Notes under the pieces: model-generated
What the model saw: only the letters and a program-made list of their open reading frames with translations
The model's database searches: none
What the model was told of the DNA's origin: nothing
Program-made: the position numbers and the translations under genes
Origin: the human T2T-CHM13v2.0 reference genome, Homo sapiens
DNA length: 64,000 bases
Assembly (NCBI RefSeq): GCF_009914755.1
Contig: NC_060940.1
Reading direction: 5' to 3' (one strand)
In this document: in pieces, positions 1 to 17,428 of the stretch
Numbering within the stretch: position 1 is the first letter of the stretch
Layout: the number at the start of each line of letters is the position of its first letter

Positions 1-462
1 TGGGAATGAATGCGGCGGCCAGATTCACAGGCCCCTGTCCGGCCCGTGCCTCTCTCCTGCACCTCTGTTCTGCTCCTGGCAAGCCCCAAGCCCCCCACTG
101 GGCTGGGCGCCGACTTCCTGCCTCCTGGCAGAGCTCTCTGTGCCGTGGCCCCTGTCTTCCTGACACCTGGAAGAGGCCGAGCACGGCAGCCACCACATAT
201 GGCCCTCAGCCGGCACAGGCAGTGTCCCTGTGTCCTTGACCTGGCCCCTTGACAGAGCCCCGCAGTGGACACTTTAGTTCCGGGGGCCTGGTGCAGGCGC
301 TGCTTTCCCTAGCGTGGCACAGATGGGGCCTCCAACCAGGGTGGTGTCCCTGTCCCCTCATCATAGTGACACGTGCCAGTGCCTCCCCTGCCACTAATGC
401 CTGGTGCCCAACTCCTCATTGCACATGTATGCCTCTGTCCACAGCAGCCTGTCACAAACACA

Positions 463-1375
463 CATCCATTCACACCCACCTCACACTCACTGCCTTCCAC
501 ACCCACCTCACACTCACTGCCTTCCACACCCACCTCACACTCATTGCCTTCCGTACCCACCTCACACCTTCCACACCCACCTCACACTCACGGCCTTCCA
601 CACCCACCTCACACCTTCCACACCCACCTCACACTCCTTCCACACCCACCTCACACTCTCCTCCTTCCACACCCACCTCACACTCCTCCTTCCACACCCA
701 CCACACTCTCCTCCTTCCACACCCACCTCTCACACTCACCTCCTTCCACATCCACCTCACACCTCCACACCCACCTCTCACACCTCCTTCCACACCCACT
801 TCATACCTCCTTCCACACCCCTCTCACCTCCTTCCACACCCACCTCTCACCTTCCACACCCATCTCTCACACTCACCTTCCACATCCACCTCACACCTCC
901 ACACCCACCTCTCACACTCACCTCCTTCCACATCCACCTCACACCTCCACACCCACCTCTCACACTCACCTCCTTCCACACCCACTTCATACCTCCTTCC
1001 ACACCCCTCTCACCTCCTTCCACATCCACCTCTCACCTTCCACACCCACCTCTCTCACCTCCTTCCACATCCACCTCACACCTCCACACCCACCTCTCAC
1101 ACTCACCTCCTTCCACACCCACTTCATACTTCCTTCCACACCCACCTCTCACCTCCTTCCACACCCACCTCTCACCTCCTTCCGCACCAACCTCTCACCT
1201 CCTTCCACACCCACCTCACACCTTCCACACCCACCTCACACTCACCTCCTTCCACACCCACCTCACATTCACCTCCTCCCATACCCACCTCACACTCACC
1301 TCCTTCCACACCCACCTCTCTTCTCCTTCCACACCCACCTCTCACACACCTCCTTCCACACTCCACATTCCCCTC
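463..1375. repeat. Degenerate ~27-bp C/A/T minisatellite (CCTTCCACACCCACCTCACACTCAC-like), intronic
   Basis: Tandem variants of ttccacacccacctc(tc)acac; + strand almost free of G; produces stop-free H/P/T/S/L ORFs in three frames. Confidence 0.95.
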
Positions 1376-1674
1376 GGAAGCACCCTCTCTTGTCCCCCCA
1401 GCCTTTCTGGCTCTCTTTTCTCTTTCTCGTCTCATTTGTCTCACAAGTGCCTTTTGAGGGTGGCTTTCTCTACAGCCAGAAGCACCTGCTCATCAGATGG
1501 TCCTTCAGAGTGGAAGCGCGGGTGTCGCAGTGCTATTCTTTGAAGTAGACGCCACCTGTGCTTTCCAGAGGGTTGGTGTCTCCCCATTGCCTTCCACATC
1601 AACAGCTCCAGGCAGAGCTCGGTCCCGCCCTTCTTTCTGGTGTCCTGGCTGCCCTGGGCTCCTGCCCTGCCTAG

Positions 1675-1908
<234 letters not shown>

Positions 1909-2296
1909 TAAATGAAGACTCCCTCTATGAGGAAGCCCCTAGCCTACTGCACGGTGCCCGATAGGAACTCGGACACACTGGACCTCAGCAACACTGCTGT
2001 TTCCTCAGGTCCCACGACCCCTCAGGCTGTAGGTGCCACATGTTTAGGACTCTGTCCCACCCCTGGTGGTCCCAGAGCATCATCGTCGGGTGCTTGAACA
2101 ATCACCCCTTAAACATAACCAAGAGGAAGCCAAATGTTCTTGCTCTTACTCACTTTTGGTTCTTGGGGTTGGTGTTTTGGGTTTTTTTTGGGGGGGGGCG
2201 GTGGTTGCTTTTGCTTTGTTTAATTTTAAATTTTCTCTCGGTGCTCCAGTTTCCTCATCTGTCACACAAGAACCATAGTATCCCTCGCCCAGTTAG

Positions 2297-2708
<412 letters not shown>

Positions 2709-3170
2709 TAAGAAAATCACAGTAACCCATTTAAACAAGTTCTGAAGCTACGTATTTCCTAAATATGCCCACTTGGAACTCACGAAGTCGTTTGAGGTTG
2801 GCTTTGTGACATGCCCTCATGCCAGAACCGTGGTGACACCACCCAGTTGTGGTTTGCAAAATCTTGTCAGGTTAGGGCATTCTTAGTGACAGCAGCCTCG
2901 ATGACAGCTTCCCAGAAATGGTACAGGTGTTATCCTCAGGACCACCAAAATAGCCAAGACAAGTAATAATTAGTGGCACTTATTGAGGACTTAGTAACTA
3001 TGTTGGTGACTCTATGCTAAGCCAAAATGACCCTCATCATTTTTCTTCCAAAGCAGGATATGTTTGAAAGTAAAATGAGGTGTTAGGAATAATTAATTAT
3101 TCCTGAACCACCAGGTGTGAGCATGACTGTCCCAGGACGTATGGCCACCATTTGCTAGGTCTCTCTGTGA

Positions 3171-3794
<624 letters not shown>

Positions 3795-4137
3795 TGATTC
3801 ATGGGCCCAGAAGCCAGGGATGCTGCTGAAAAAGCAAGCACTGAATCAGCACCGCAACTGCAAGGCTGTTAGAGCTGCTTGGCTTTAGGGACAGATGTTT
3901 TATGCTGAAGATTTCTCACCACTGGAGAGGTATGACACACTGGTGTGTGTGTGTGAATGTGTGCACATGGGTATGCAAATGCATGTGTGCACTGTACACA
4001 TACATGTGACTGTGTGTACGTGTGTGCACATGGAGGTGTGAATATGTGCCCGTGTGTTGGGGACAAGGGTTGACAGTAAGGTTTATCCTGTCTAGTCTTG
4101 GCTTTGAGAACACAGGCTTTTGCCCATGATTTGCATG

Positions 4138-4440
4138 GTTTTATTTTATTTTTTTGAGACAGGGTCTCACCCTGTCACTTAGGTTGTGCGGCAATACAGT
4201 GGTGCAGTCATAGCTCACTGCAGCCTCAAACTCCTGGGCTCAAGCCGTCCTCCCACCTCAGCCTCCCGAGTAGCTAGGACCACAGGCACATGCCACCACT
4301 CATGGCTAATATTTAAAATTTTTTTGTAAAGACAGGATCTTGCTGTGTTACCCAGGCTAGTCTCAAACTCCTGGGCTTAAGCAGTCTTCCCATTTGGACC
4401 TCCCAGAATGCTGAGGTTACAGGCATGAGCCATTGCATCT
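4138..4440 (-). mobile_element. Alu (AluJ-like)
   Basis: Diverged antisense Alu dimer. Confidence 0.88.
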
Positions 4441-4800
4441 GTTTTTCTTGAGCGCCTGCTGTGTGCTTGACACAATTTCAGTGCTGGAGAGCGAGCAAGA
4501 TCACAAATTCCCTGCTCTCTTGGGGCTTCCATTCTACCAGGAAGAGATCATGTACAAGTAAATGTGCAAGATCATGTCAGAGGGTAAGAAAAACCGTGAG
4601 AGCAATAAAACCGAGTGGTGGGGTAGCAAGTGACCGGAAGAGGTGGCAGGGCAGGGCCACGACCTGGCTTTGGAGCCTCCAAAAGGAAACTCCAAGACCA
4701 GGATTTGGGTGGAAGTGGCTTCCTAGGAAGGTGGTCCCAGGAAACACTGGGGGACAGGGAAGGGAGGACATCAGTGAAGTATGAATTAATAAGCAGGTGA

Positions 4801-5106
4801 GGCTGGGCGCAGTAGCTCACACCTGTAATCCCAGCAGTTTGGAAGGCCAAGGCGGGCAGATCACTTGAGGTTAGGAGTTCGAGACCAGCCTGGCCAACAT
4901 AGTGAAACCCCGTCTCTACTAAAAAAATATAAAAATTAGCCGGGCATGGTGGTACATGACTGTACTCAGCTACTCAGGAGGCTGAGGCGGGAGAATAGCT
5001 TGAACCTGGGAGGCAGAGGTTGCAGTGAGCCAAGATCACACCACTGCACTCCAGCCTGTGCAACAGAGTGAGACTCCTTCTCAAAAATAAATAAATAAAT
5101 AAATAA
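4801..5106 (+). mobile_element. Alu (AluS-like)
   Basis: ggctgggcgcagtagctc start, (AAAT)n tail. Confidence 0.93.
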
Positions 5107-5866
5107 GAAAGCAAGCAAGCAGGTGACCACTTCAGGCAGCTGGCATGCACTCCCACTGTGCCCCAGGAGGCCGTGCGTAACACACTGAGAGTTGCTCTGC
5201 TGAGAGTTGCTCCACCGAGGCTGGCGGTGCTGGGATAGTCACTCACCAGCTCCCATCCCTCGCTGGCTGAGAACTGCTCCCGGGATGCAGACTAATGCAG
5301 ATGCCATTAGTTTATGGGGAACTTTCTGCAGTGACCTCTGGTGTCATTGGAGAGGATGTGACATGCAGAACACAGTGGTCTCTGCTGCAGCCACCCAGTT
5401 GTTCAGGTGGTACACTACACAACTCCAAGGAGACCAACATGAGTCCAGACCCCACCAGAGCTGGGGATACAGCAGGAGGGTATTTCAGTCTTTTCTCAAA
5501 ATGAAGGCAGTAGAGCATTCTGAGTCGCTGAAAACCTGTACAGGGGGGATTTCTCAAACAAATGCCGTACTGCTGAGTTCTTCGGAGGGGCAGGAAAAGG
5601 CATTTGATAAATCAGGGGCTGTTTTCTTGCAGCAGGGCATGAGAGAGGGTGACTCTTTTAATGCCCTCAGCCTCAGGTCCCGATGTTCAAAGGGGATCAT
5701 GTCCCACCTTGAATCACTTCCCTGATCAGAAGGAAGTGCAGGGACTCCAGAGGCCAGAATGTGGAGATGGGAGGCTGCTCATTCCCAAGGGCATGTTCTG
5801 GAGCTGACAGCACGGTGAGGCAAAAAGAGGAGAAAACGGAAGCCAGAGGGTAGTATCAGGCCTGCC

Positions 5867-5996
5867 CTTTTGTATTTTTAGTAGAAATGGGGTTTCACCA
5901 TGTTAGCCAGGATGGTCTTGATCTCCTGACCTCGTGATCCACCCACCTTGGCCTCCCAAAGTGCTGGGATTACAGGCGTGAGCCACCGCGCCTGGC
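5867..5996 (-). mobile_element. Partial Alu (left arm only)
   Basis: tttgtatttttagtag...gagccaccgcgcctggc. Confidence 0.85.
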
Positions 5997-6059
5997 TTAC
6001 AGTATTTAAGTTATACCCAGAGTGTGCAGGAGCCAGCTCACACGTTACATTTGGGAACA

Positions 6060-6505
<446 letters not shown>

Positions 6506-6734
6506 TTTGGGTTATATGTCAATTTAAAAAAAGAAAGAAAGAAAGAAAGAAAGAAAAGGGTGCCCAGGACCCTCCCAGTGCCATTCTGATTTAATTAGGA
6601 TGGCCCTGGCATCTGTTTTTGGAAGGAGCGTTGGGGAGGTGATATTTACGTTAATACCTCCTGGCTGTTCTCCAGGCAAGAAGCAGGAAGAGGGTGACCC
6701 AGGGAGAGAACCACATGGAAAGGCCTGGCAGTGA

Positions 6735-7500
<766 letters not shown>

Positions 7501-9772
7501 GCAGGGTTGTCCTGGGTTTCAGTGGCAGAACTTTTATCCTGGGAACATTGGAGAGTCCACAGTGGGTTGTAAGTGGAGAAGGGACGTGATGGGATTTCAG
7601 TTCCATTCCCCTCTGGCTGCTGCTGTGAGGAGGATGGAGTAGGGGGCAGGCGTGACCCTGGGGAACGGTTAGGTGGCTGTGGCAAGGAGATGCCAGGTTG
7701 GAGGCGTGGCGAGGGTGAGATGGTGCCTGCTGCCTCGTGCCAGCCCTGGCTCAGCTGTGTTGAGCCCCCTCGGAGCCCACAGTAGCCTGGGTTCCAGCTG
7801 ATGCCATACATTTCCTGGATATCACCCAGAGAAGCACGATGCTGCCAACACGTTTCGTGGGCTCAGGTCCATGACGCCCCCCTCAGCCAGTCCCTTCAAG
7901 ATAAAGTCCGTCATGTCCTCCAGGCCGTCCCCAGTGCTCTCGGTGGGCAAATGTACACAATGTACTCACACTGAAAAGAACAGACAACTTGACCCAGGTT
8001 AGCGTGGCTCTCTTGAAAATCACCAATCTGAGCCAAACAGCCTTGAAAATCCACTTTTAAAACCCAGCAACGGCAAACAAAGAGAAATGCAGTGTTGAGT
8101 ACTTGGGGAGCAAATCAGATCTGGACCAGAGAATTTAGGTCTCCCCCCATCACAGACCACACACAAGTTGTTATCAACGATAGAATTCTCGGACTTTAGC
8201 CGATGGATTGTTTATTTCCCCCAGCAAAGCTGAAAGTGTATTTATTAAACACCCTTGGTGGGCTCAGCTCAGGCCTGGTTCCTGGCATGTGCTGGATACA
8301 TTCAGACCCTTGCTGTGCATGGGGTTCAAGTTCTGCACACAGCCCTTGGAGGGGCTATTCACGTGCCCCCTCCCACCCCTTCCCCCAGCTGCAACAATTC
8401 CCCAAACACAATGCCAGCTGTGTGGCCCTGTCCTCAAGCCTGGGAGCCCCTTTAGAGGCACAGGACCCATGCATGTGACACATGTGGGGAAGGACTAGAC
8501 AAGCAGCTGTTTTCAATCGTGCCGTTGTGCTCGAAGTCTTGGATTAGTGGATCTCAACCTTGACCACACACGAGGAGCCTTAAAAATTACTCATGTCCAG
8601 GTCGCATCCTGGAGATTCCTGTCTAACTGGGCTTTGGGATGTTTGGAAGTGTACCCAGGGGATCCTGGTGTCCCGCCAGGGGTGGAGAGCTTTGGTTTAG
8701 GAGGAGTTCGAGGGTAGGAAGGGCAAGAGTAGCAGGAAGAAATCAAGGAAGACTTCCTGGAGGAGGGGACCTGCACAGCTCTTAGGGGACCTTGGAAGCC
8801 AACCTAGTTAGGAGGATCCTGGGCTTTGGGGTCCAGGAGATCTGGCTTCAAATCCCATCTCCGTCGACTCATGGGCTGTTTAATTAGGGGTAGATCATTT
8901 AACTTCTGAGACCGTCTTTCCTCACCTGTGGCACAGAGACGGTCGGAATCACTGTTCAGTGATGTGTTTGAGCATCTGTGTGACTGCACTTAGCACCTTG
9001 CCGGCCCATGGGCACCAGCAGAGGAACCCGTTGATGGTACTACTGTCCCTTATAATGCACCTCCCAGGCAACTGGGCACGTTGGGAAGCAGTCAGAGGAG
9101 GGGCTTTAACCAGGTCAAGGCTCTGACAAGTCCTGCCATTAAGAGGCCTAATTTCATCTTGTTTGCCCAGTGTTTGCCTAACAAATGTGAGATTAATAAT
9201 GCCATGGAGCCCCTTTCTGGGTTAACATGTGTTAACACCTTGTGCAGGCTTCTGTTCCTCTGGGCAGTTAAAGATGCTGTGCCTGGAGGGTTACCCAGGA
9301 GGAGTGGGGGTTCCGCAGACAGAAGGGCAGATACTGAGCTTGCTCACTTGGCTGGGTTTGGGGGCAGGAGAGCAGAGTCCTGGAGGACATTGTGGCATGA
9401 GGTCAGGGATTGGAGGGCAGTTAGACTGCAGGAAGCTACTAAAAGCAAAACAGTAGATCCCATTGGCTTATCAAGAAAGTGGCCAGTGGCATTTTGGTGG
9501 AGGAGAATGCCAAGAGCCTTATGGCTGTCACGTGAAGATCAGCATCCACTCAGTCGGTCAGCAAATATTTTTTGAGCACCTGTTATGTGCTGGGGTGATA
9601 GCATGGGCTGTAGAGACAGGCAACCTGGGTTGGGCTGCCATCCCCACCTCTTCCTGTCTAGACCTTGGGCAAGCCGTGCACCCAGGCTGAGCCTCAGTTT
9701 CCTCATTTGTAGCACAGGAATGATGATAGTATTACATTTTGGCCTCATCCTGGGATTCAGGGAGGCCTTTAG

Positions 9773-10195
<423 letters not shown>

Positions 10196-10314
10196 TGAGT
10201 GCCCCCCCCCGCGTGCCCGCCCCCGGGGCCGGTGGGAGGAGACTGGGCTTTGCTGCTGGGTGCGGCTGTGTTTGTTGGTTCGAGCTACGCAGGGCCGGGC
10301 ATGGTAGAGTGGCT

Positions 10315-11200
10315 TGTGTGTGAGTGCACACGAGCTGGTGTGTGCAAGAGTGTGCATAAGCACAAGTGTGGCTGTGAGTACAGGCATACAGGGTGCATAT
10401 GTACAAGTGGGTGAGGCACATGTGGCTCTGGTTGTGTATCTGTGAGCATATGGTGTGTGTATATACACATGTGGGGTGCATGCATGGCTTTGTACCTGTA
10501 TGCTTGAGTGCCTGGGCACATGTGCAAGGTGCATGCCCAAGCATACATGTGTACATATGTCTACATGAGTTTGTGTGTGTGTGTGAGGATCTGGATACAT
10601 CTGCCAGGGTGTGCAGGAGCACAGGGGTGCCCAAGTGTGTCTTTGAGTGTGTGGACATCTCTACTGTGTTGGGTGTGTGGGATCCTTAGAGCTTGTGAGT
10701 GTCTTTGTGTGCCTGAACGGCCATGGGTGGATGTGGGTGCGACAGCACACGTGGTCTGCCGAGTGTGTGTGTTTATAGGAGAGATAGGTGTGGGCATGCC
10801 TGTGGATTTCTCTGTAGGGATGTGTGTGTGTGTGTGTGTGTGTGTTAAATGCACAGCAGTGGGTGTGTCTAGGCACTTGGGCTAGTTTTGTGCACTAGTG
10901 GCTGTGGCTGCATGCATGTGGGTGTAACCATTTGTGCTGTAGGGTTAGAGAGCATGTGTGTTTCTCTGTATGTTTGCAGGTATGTGCATGAGCCCATGTA
11001 TGTGTGTGTTGTGTGAGCCATGCATGCCGTGTGTCTTTGGGGTGTGAGTATCTGTGCATATGCATGTGTCTGAGTGAGTGACGGGTCATGTGCAGGAGTG
11101 TGTGAGTCTGTCTTGGGTATGTGGCTGTGCGTATTTGTGCCGTGTGCCTGGGTGTCTATGTGTGCACATTGGTGTTGTGTGTGCCTGGGTGTGGGTGTAG
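10315..11200. repeat. TG-rich low-complexity tract including (TG)12 at 10821-10844
   Basis: Dense tgtg/tgca/tatg units immediately after exon 10. Confidence 0.9.
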
Positions 11201-13493
11201 GAGACCCGTGGACCCGGGGCTGCTCTGGGTGGTGTGGCTTCTGAGCTGGCTCCTTCTGTGCCTGTCCCTCCCCGTCCCTGAACCTCAACTCTGTGACTCT
11301 AGGGTGGAGGGGAGTACAGTTCTTAATCCTTGACCCCTAAGGGTCTCTCCAGCCTTGCCATCCACACGCTCCACCTGACACATCTCAAACCCGTGAGCAC
11401 CTGGTTCTGGGAGCCCCAGTTTGAGGGATCTCATTGACTGTTCCCTTCTGCCCCCCACAGAGCCATGTGGTTCCACAGACCAGCTCAGGTCTGCAGACAC
11501 TCAGCAGACACCTCCCCCTTTCTCGCTCCACAAACTCCTTCCTTCGGAACAAGCTCTGCCCCACTCTCAGGAGTTTTGAATCCAGAGACAGGCATTTTCA
11601 GATGCAGCTGCATGTGGTTGCTGGACCTTTCGGAGGGGTTCGGGGTATGGCTGTGTTGTCATATTTAACCAATGCATGGTGCCTGTCTAGAGCCAGGGCT
11701 CCCGGGGCCCTCAGCCTGCAGGGAGGCCACTCGGAAGCCCGGTGCCTGGGGTGTTGTCTGTGTGGGTGGGTGGGGTTTCCCTGAGCCCCTGTGTCGTCAC
11801 GCGCTGGGCAGCGTTTGGTCATTCTGTCATGTATGTGTTGTGTTGCTCCTGGAGCCTGCTCAGGGTTTCGAGGGACAGAGGGCAGCTTCTGAGGGCCTGG
11901 TGAGCTGGAGAAATGGCTGGGAGGCACCCTGGGGTGCCCCCTGTGCTCTGCTAGCAAGGCCTGTGGTGTCTGTGAAGGTGAACATGCGCACACACGTTCA
12001 CAAGGTGGCTGCTGCTGGTTTGAAGGAGATCGTGGAGGCAGCGTCCCCACATAGCCTCCTCTGCCCTGGCTTTGGCCCCGGAGAGGAAAGGGTGGGGTGT
12101 GCCCAGGGGTTCAGGACCAGCCCCGCCTCGTGGTCCCAGCAGCAGAGGTCAGGTGAGGGCATAACCACATTCAGTGACCGCCACCCCCAGCCAAGCGGAA
12201 TTCCAGATCCCACTAAGAGAGCCACTCCAAGAATACGTCACAGCCCTGAGTGTCTTCAAGGCAGAGAAGGGTGCCAGCTCTCCCAGCGGCAGCCGGGTTA
12301 GGGCGCCTCCCTGGATTTTGGAGGGGGCTCCCTGCTCTGATGGAGGTAGAAGCCTCCAGGCCAGAGAGTGGCCCCGCTGTCCACTCCAACTCCCCAGTTC
12401 CAGCTGGTTTTTGCAAACACCGTGAGCTCCTGGGCCTTCTGGTATTTGGGGCCTGACTCCTATTTCTCATTAAGCACTAAGGGTTTGAGTTTCAGCACGC
12501 AGTTGACACACATTTTTTCCTTCTTCATAAACATGCTCATGAATGGGGGCTCTGTTCTCCCCCATCTGCGTCCAGACCCCCTGCCTGCCCGCATCTCCCA
12601 GCTGCCAGGGTGCAGGTGGGGGTCAGGGCCATCGCCAAGGGCCCAGGACAGTCAGGGCAAGCCAGGACGGGTTCCCGATGGGGCTACGCAGAGGAGCAGG
12701 TCACGCCTATCCCCAAGCCCTCCACAAAATGGGATTATGCTCCTGGCAGCCTCTTCCATCTTCGGGGAGCTCAACACAATTTGGGCCTGATAACTGTATT
12801 TTCCCAACAACTTTCCTCCCCACACCCAGCAGGCTGCTTAAGTTGCTGGCTCATTGGAGGCTTCAAACTGGTTGGACCCAAACAACCCCAGCCGCTCAAA
12901 GGGCTCCAAAGTGAGATACGTCAGGAAAGGCACAGACTCAGAGTCAGACCATGCTAGGTTCAAGTCTCACCCGTGCCACATACTAGTTGTGACCTTGGAC
13001 GGTTGGTCATCCTCTCTGAGCCTCCGGTCCCAGGCTGGGAGGTGGCGCAAGTATGGCTGCATCTGGCATTGGCAAAGAGATGGGAGGGGCCAGCCCTGAG
13101 TGCCTGGCGCAGAGCAGACACCTCTGCGAGGTGAACACCTGGCCAATGGGAGTAGCCGCCGTTTATGATGCAGCCATGTTCCCGCCGCTTGACCATACTA
13201 TTGAGGGCGAGATGCGTCATTGATTCAGTAAGAGTGCTTTGAGAGAGAAAAGCCACATGGCATTTATTGCACACCTGGATTGCAGGAAACTTGCCTCCTA
13301 GCATTGAGGAAATGCAGCCGTGGGCCTGAGCTGCTGTGGAACTGTGGCCAGTGTTCTTGGCTCCTCTGGGCCTCAGTTTTCTTGTCTGTAAAATGCATGT
13401 CTTCTCGGAGGACTGCATGAGAATTCAGGGATGTTGGAGATTTTTGGTGCTGGCCTAGCCTCTGGTTCTTGATAAGAGTAAACTGCTGTTGTC

Positions 13494-14175
<682 letters not shown>

Positions 14176-15026
14176 TTAAAGAGGACGTTGCCAGGCGGGG
14201 CTCAGGAAGGCACGCTTAGAGCGAACCACATCCATCGGAGAGGGCAGTGCAGGTCGCAGGGTGCACAGGTCAGTGTTTCCCGCTCCACTGCCAGGGAGCA
14301 GGGGTAGTGGGGCGCAGGCCCTGATCAGTTGCTGCGTGTTCCCATAGGAAGGCCCCTGCATCATTAGAATTTGACACTTTTGAAAAGTAACCTAAGTTGC
14401 AAAAATTTCCTGGAGGTCCTTGAAAAGGAAAACTATTCCAAATGCGGGTCGAGGTTGATGGTGAAAAAAATCACCGCATGAGGCGCAGGAGGGGTGAGGT
14501 GATGAAACGAACGTGGATTCGGGAGGCGAAGAAGAGCTTTGGGATTTGTAGTCATTTGGAGTCCAGCTCTTTTCCTGCTGGGCACCTATGTATGATTCAC
14601 ACCTTCATTTATCCACCTGTTGATTCATTCTTTCATCCAGCTTTTGTTGTATACCTACGCCAGGCCAGACTCTATGCCAAATGCCATACTGGTCCCTGTA
14701 CTCAGTCCCTCTGAACCTGAGTATTGCCAAGTGCTAAGAGCAGTGACATCAAGCGCTCAGTGCGGCTGCTGTAAAGCTCAGATGGGGAGAGTGTGGAAGC
14801 CGTGGCCCACTGGGGCCACAGGGGTAGGACGCGCTTCTGATCGGCTCCCGTCGACCGCTTGGGACTCTTTGCAAACATTAGATTTTAAGAGGCCTTGGTG
14901 GGCTGCAGCTCAGCTGGAAGAGGCCCCTCCCTCGGGGAACTTCAGGGAAATGCAGATGAATTTGGGGTTGTCCTAATGACTGGGAGGCAGGGCCAGGGGA
15001 CATCCTGTATTACCTGCAGTAGTTCC

Positions 15027-15627
<601 letters not shown>

Positions 15628-17132
15628 TGTTTGGAAACTTTAAACTGCTCATTCCTGGAGCACATGATAACTCTAGAAACTCAAAGGTCCCTGGAGCATT
15701 TAAGGCCAGCAGATGTGCTGTGGGGCCTGGGAAGGTCCCTGATGGGATGACCGCACAGGTGGAGAGAAAGGGAATTTTCCTGAGGTCCTCCGGCCTCGCG
15801 GGTAACAGCCACTGTTTCTCAGCCTGGGTTCAAATCCCCGAGCTAGCTGGTTTGCCTTTCAAGGGAGCAGATATTTCTGGATGTTGCATAGCAGGAGCAA
15901 AGTGGTCTGAATGTGCCCCCACAGGGGCCTTCTCATGCCCCGTGCCTTCCCAAGCATCAGGCCACCGTGAGGCCGCCACGTTCTGCCCGTGACTTGCAGG
16001 AGATTCTGTGAGTCAGGGAAAGCAGCGAGGCTGGCAGGAAGCGTCCTGTCCACAGGGCAGCACAGGGCTCTGGTTGAGGTGGCATCTTCTGAACTGGGTT
16101 AAAATCCCAGCTGAGCTGCGTGAGGTGGGAGACCCGGGCTTTGCACTCACAAAGCCTTGTTCAGTCCCAACATGTCCCCCATTAGCTCTGTGACCTTTGA
16201 CAAGTGTCTGAACCTCTCTGGACCTCCGTTTCTCATCTGTGAAATGGGGGTTCTAAGGCCCTCTTCATGGGAGGGTTAAATGTGCAGGTGCCTAATGCCT
16301 GAGGCATGTTGGGGTCAGCAGGATGCATCAGGCACCTGCCTGCTTGTCCGTCCCCTCCGTCCAAGCTGGGAAGGGCCCAGCCTTCTTTTCTCCTTCCTAG
16401 GTGGGCAGTCAGGTCGCTCACACCCTGCCTGGTGCCTGTCCTCCCATCCCAGGCCAGCCTTGGCCAAATGGGAGACTGCCCCAGTGGCCAGAGGCATCCC
16501 ATCCTAGGATAACAGGCCCACCCAGAGCCAGGGCAGTCCCGAGGCGGGGACTCTGCTGGCCACTGGGTCCTGTGCCGAGGCCCGTCACAGAGAGGCCCAT
16601 GCACAAGAGGGTTCCTCATTGCCTTCTTCGTGGGCCTGCCAGTCTGGGGACACCCAGCCTCACCTCCCCCACAACCTCTGTCCAGCGCCCCCCATTCATC
16701 CACCAACCTGGTCCGACTGGGGTCACAGACTTCCAAGCTGGTCTGGGCCGAGGCAAGGAAGTCCACTTGCCCTCTCCCTCCTTCCCATGCACCCCTCTCG
16801 GTCTTGTGGGAGCTGCCAGGAAGCGGAGCCCCAGGCTGGGAGACCGAGAGGAGGAGGCTTCTGTCCAGACCCCGCCTCAGACAGGCCACAGTCTCCCACT
16901 GGACTGAGCACCTGGGAGTACAGGCCACGCTCACGGTTCACAGAACAGGCTCAGGAGTAACAAGTGACCATGGGCCTGCTGCTGGGGCTCATAGTCCCCC
17001 GTGGGGACCCTGATTCCTCTGATTGTGGGTGATTTCAAATCTCCTTAGAGTTCTGCATTTCATGACATTTCTGCATAGAATATGCTTTATTTTTAAAGTA
17101 AAAAAAAACCTAAGTGCTCCCCTCCCTTTCAT

Positions 17133-17428
17133 TTTTTGAGATACTCTGTCACCGACGCTGGAGTATAGTGCCGCAGTTACAGGTCACTGCAGCCTCGAAC
17201 TGCCAGGCTCAAAGAATCCTCCCACCTCAGACTCCCAAGTAGCTGGGACTACAGGTGCACACCACCTGCCTGGCTTACTTTTTTTTTTTTTTTTTAACTT
17301 TTTTTTTCTTTTTAGAGATGGGATCTCTTTATGTTGCCCAAGCCAGTCTCGAACTCCTGGCCTCAAGCAATCCTCCCGCCTCAGCCTCCCAAAGTGCTGG
17401 GATTACAGGCGTGAGCCACCATGTGCCC
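17133..17428 (-). mobile_element. Alu (AluJ-like)
   Basis: Diverged antisense dimer. Confidence 0.88.

Noticed and set aside
249-1548. Three overlapping 379-402 aa His/Pro/Thr-rich ORFs
   Set aside because: All three frames are open because the repeat lacks G and TA; they lie in a CMIP intron and have no protein-like complexity
9221-9236. Near-palindrome GTTAACATGTGTTAAC
   Set aside because: Single short imperfect palindrome; plausible by chance in 64 kb
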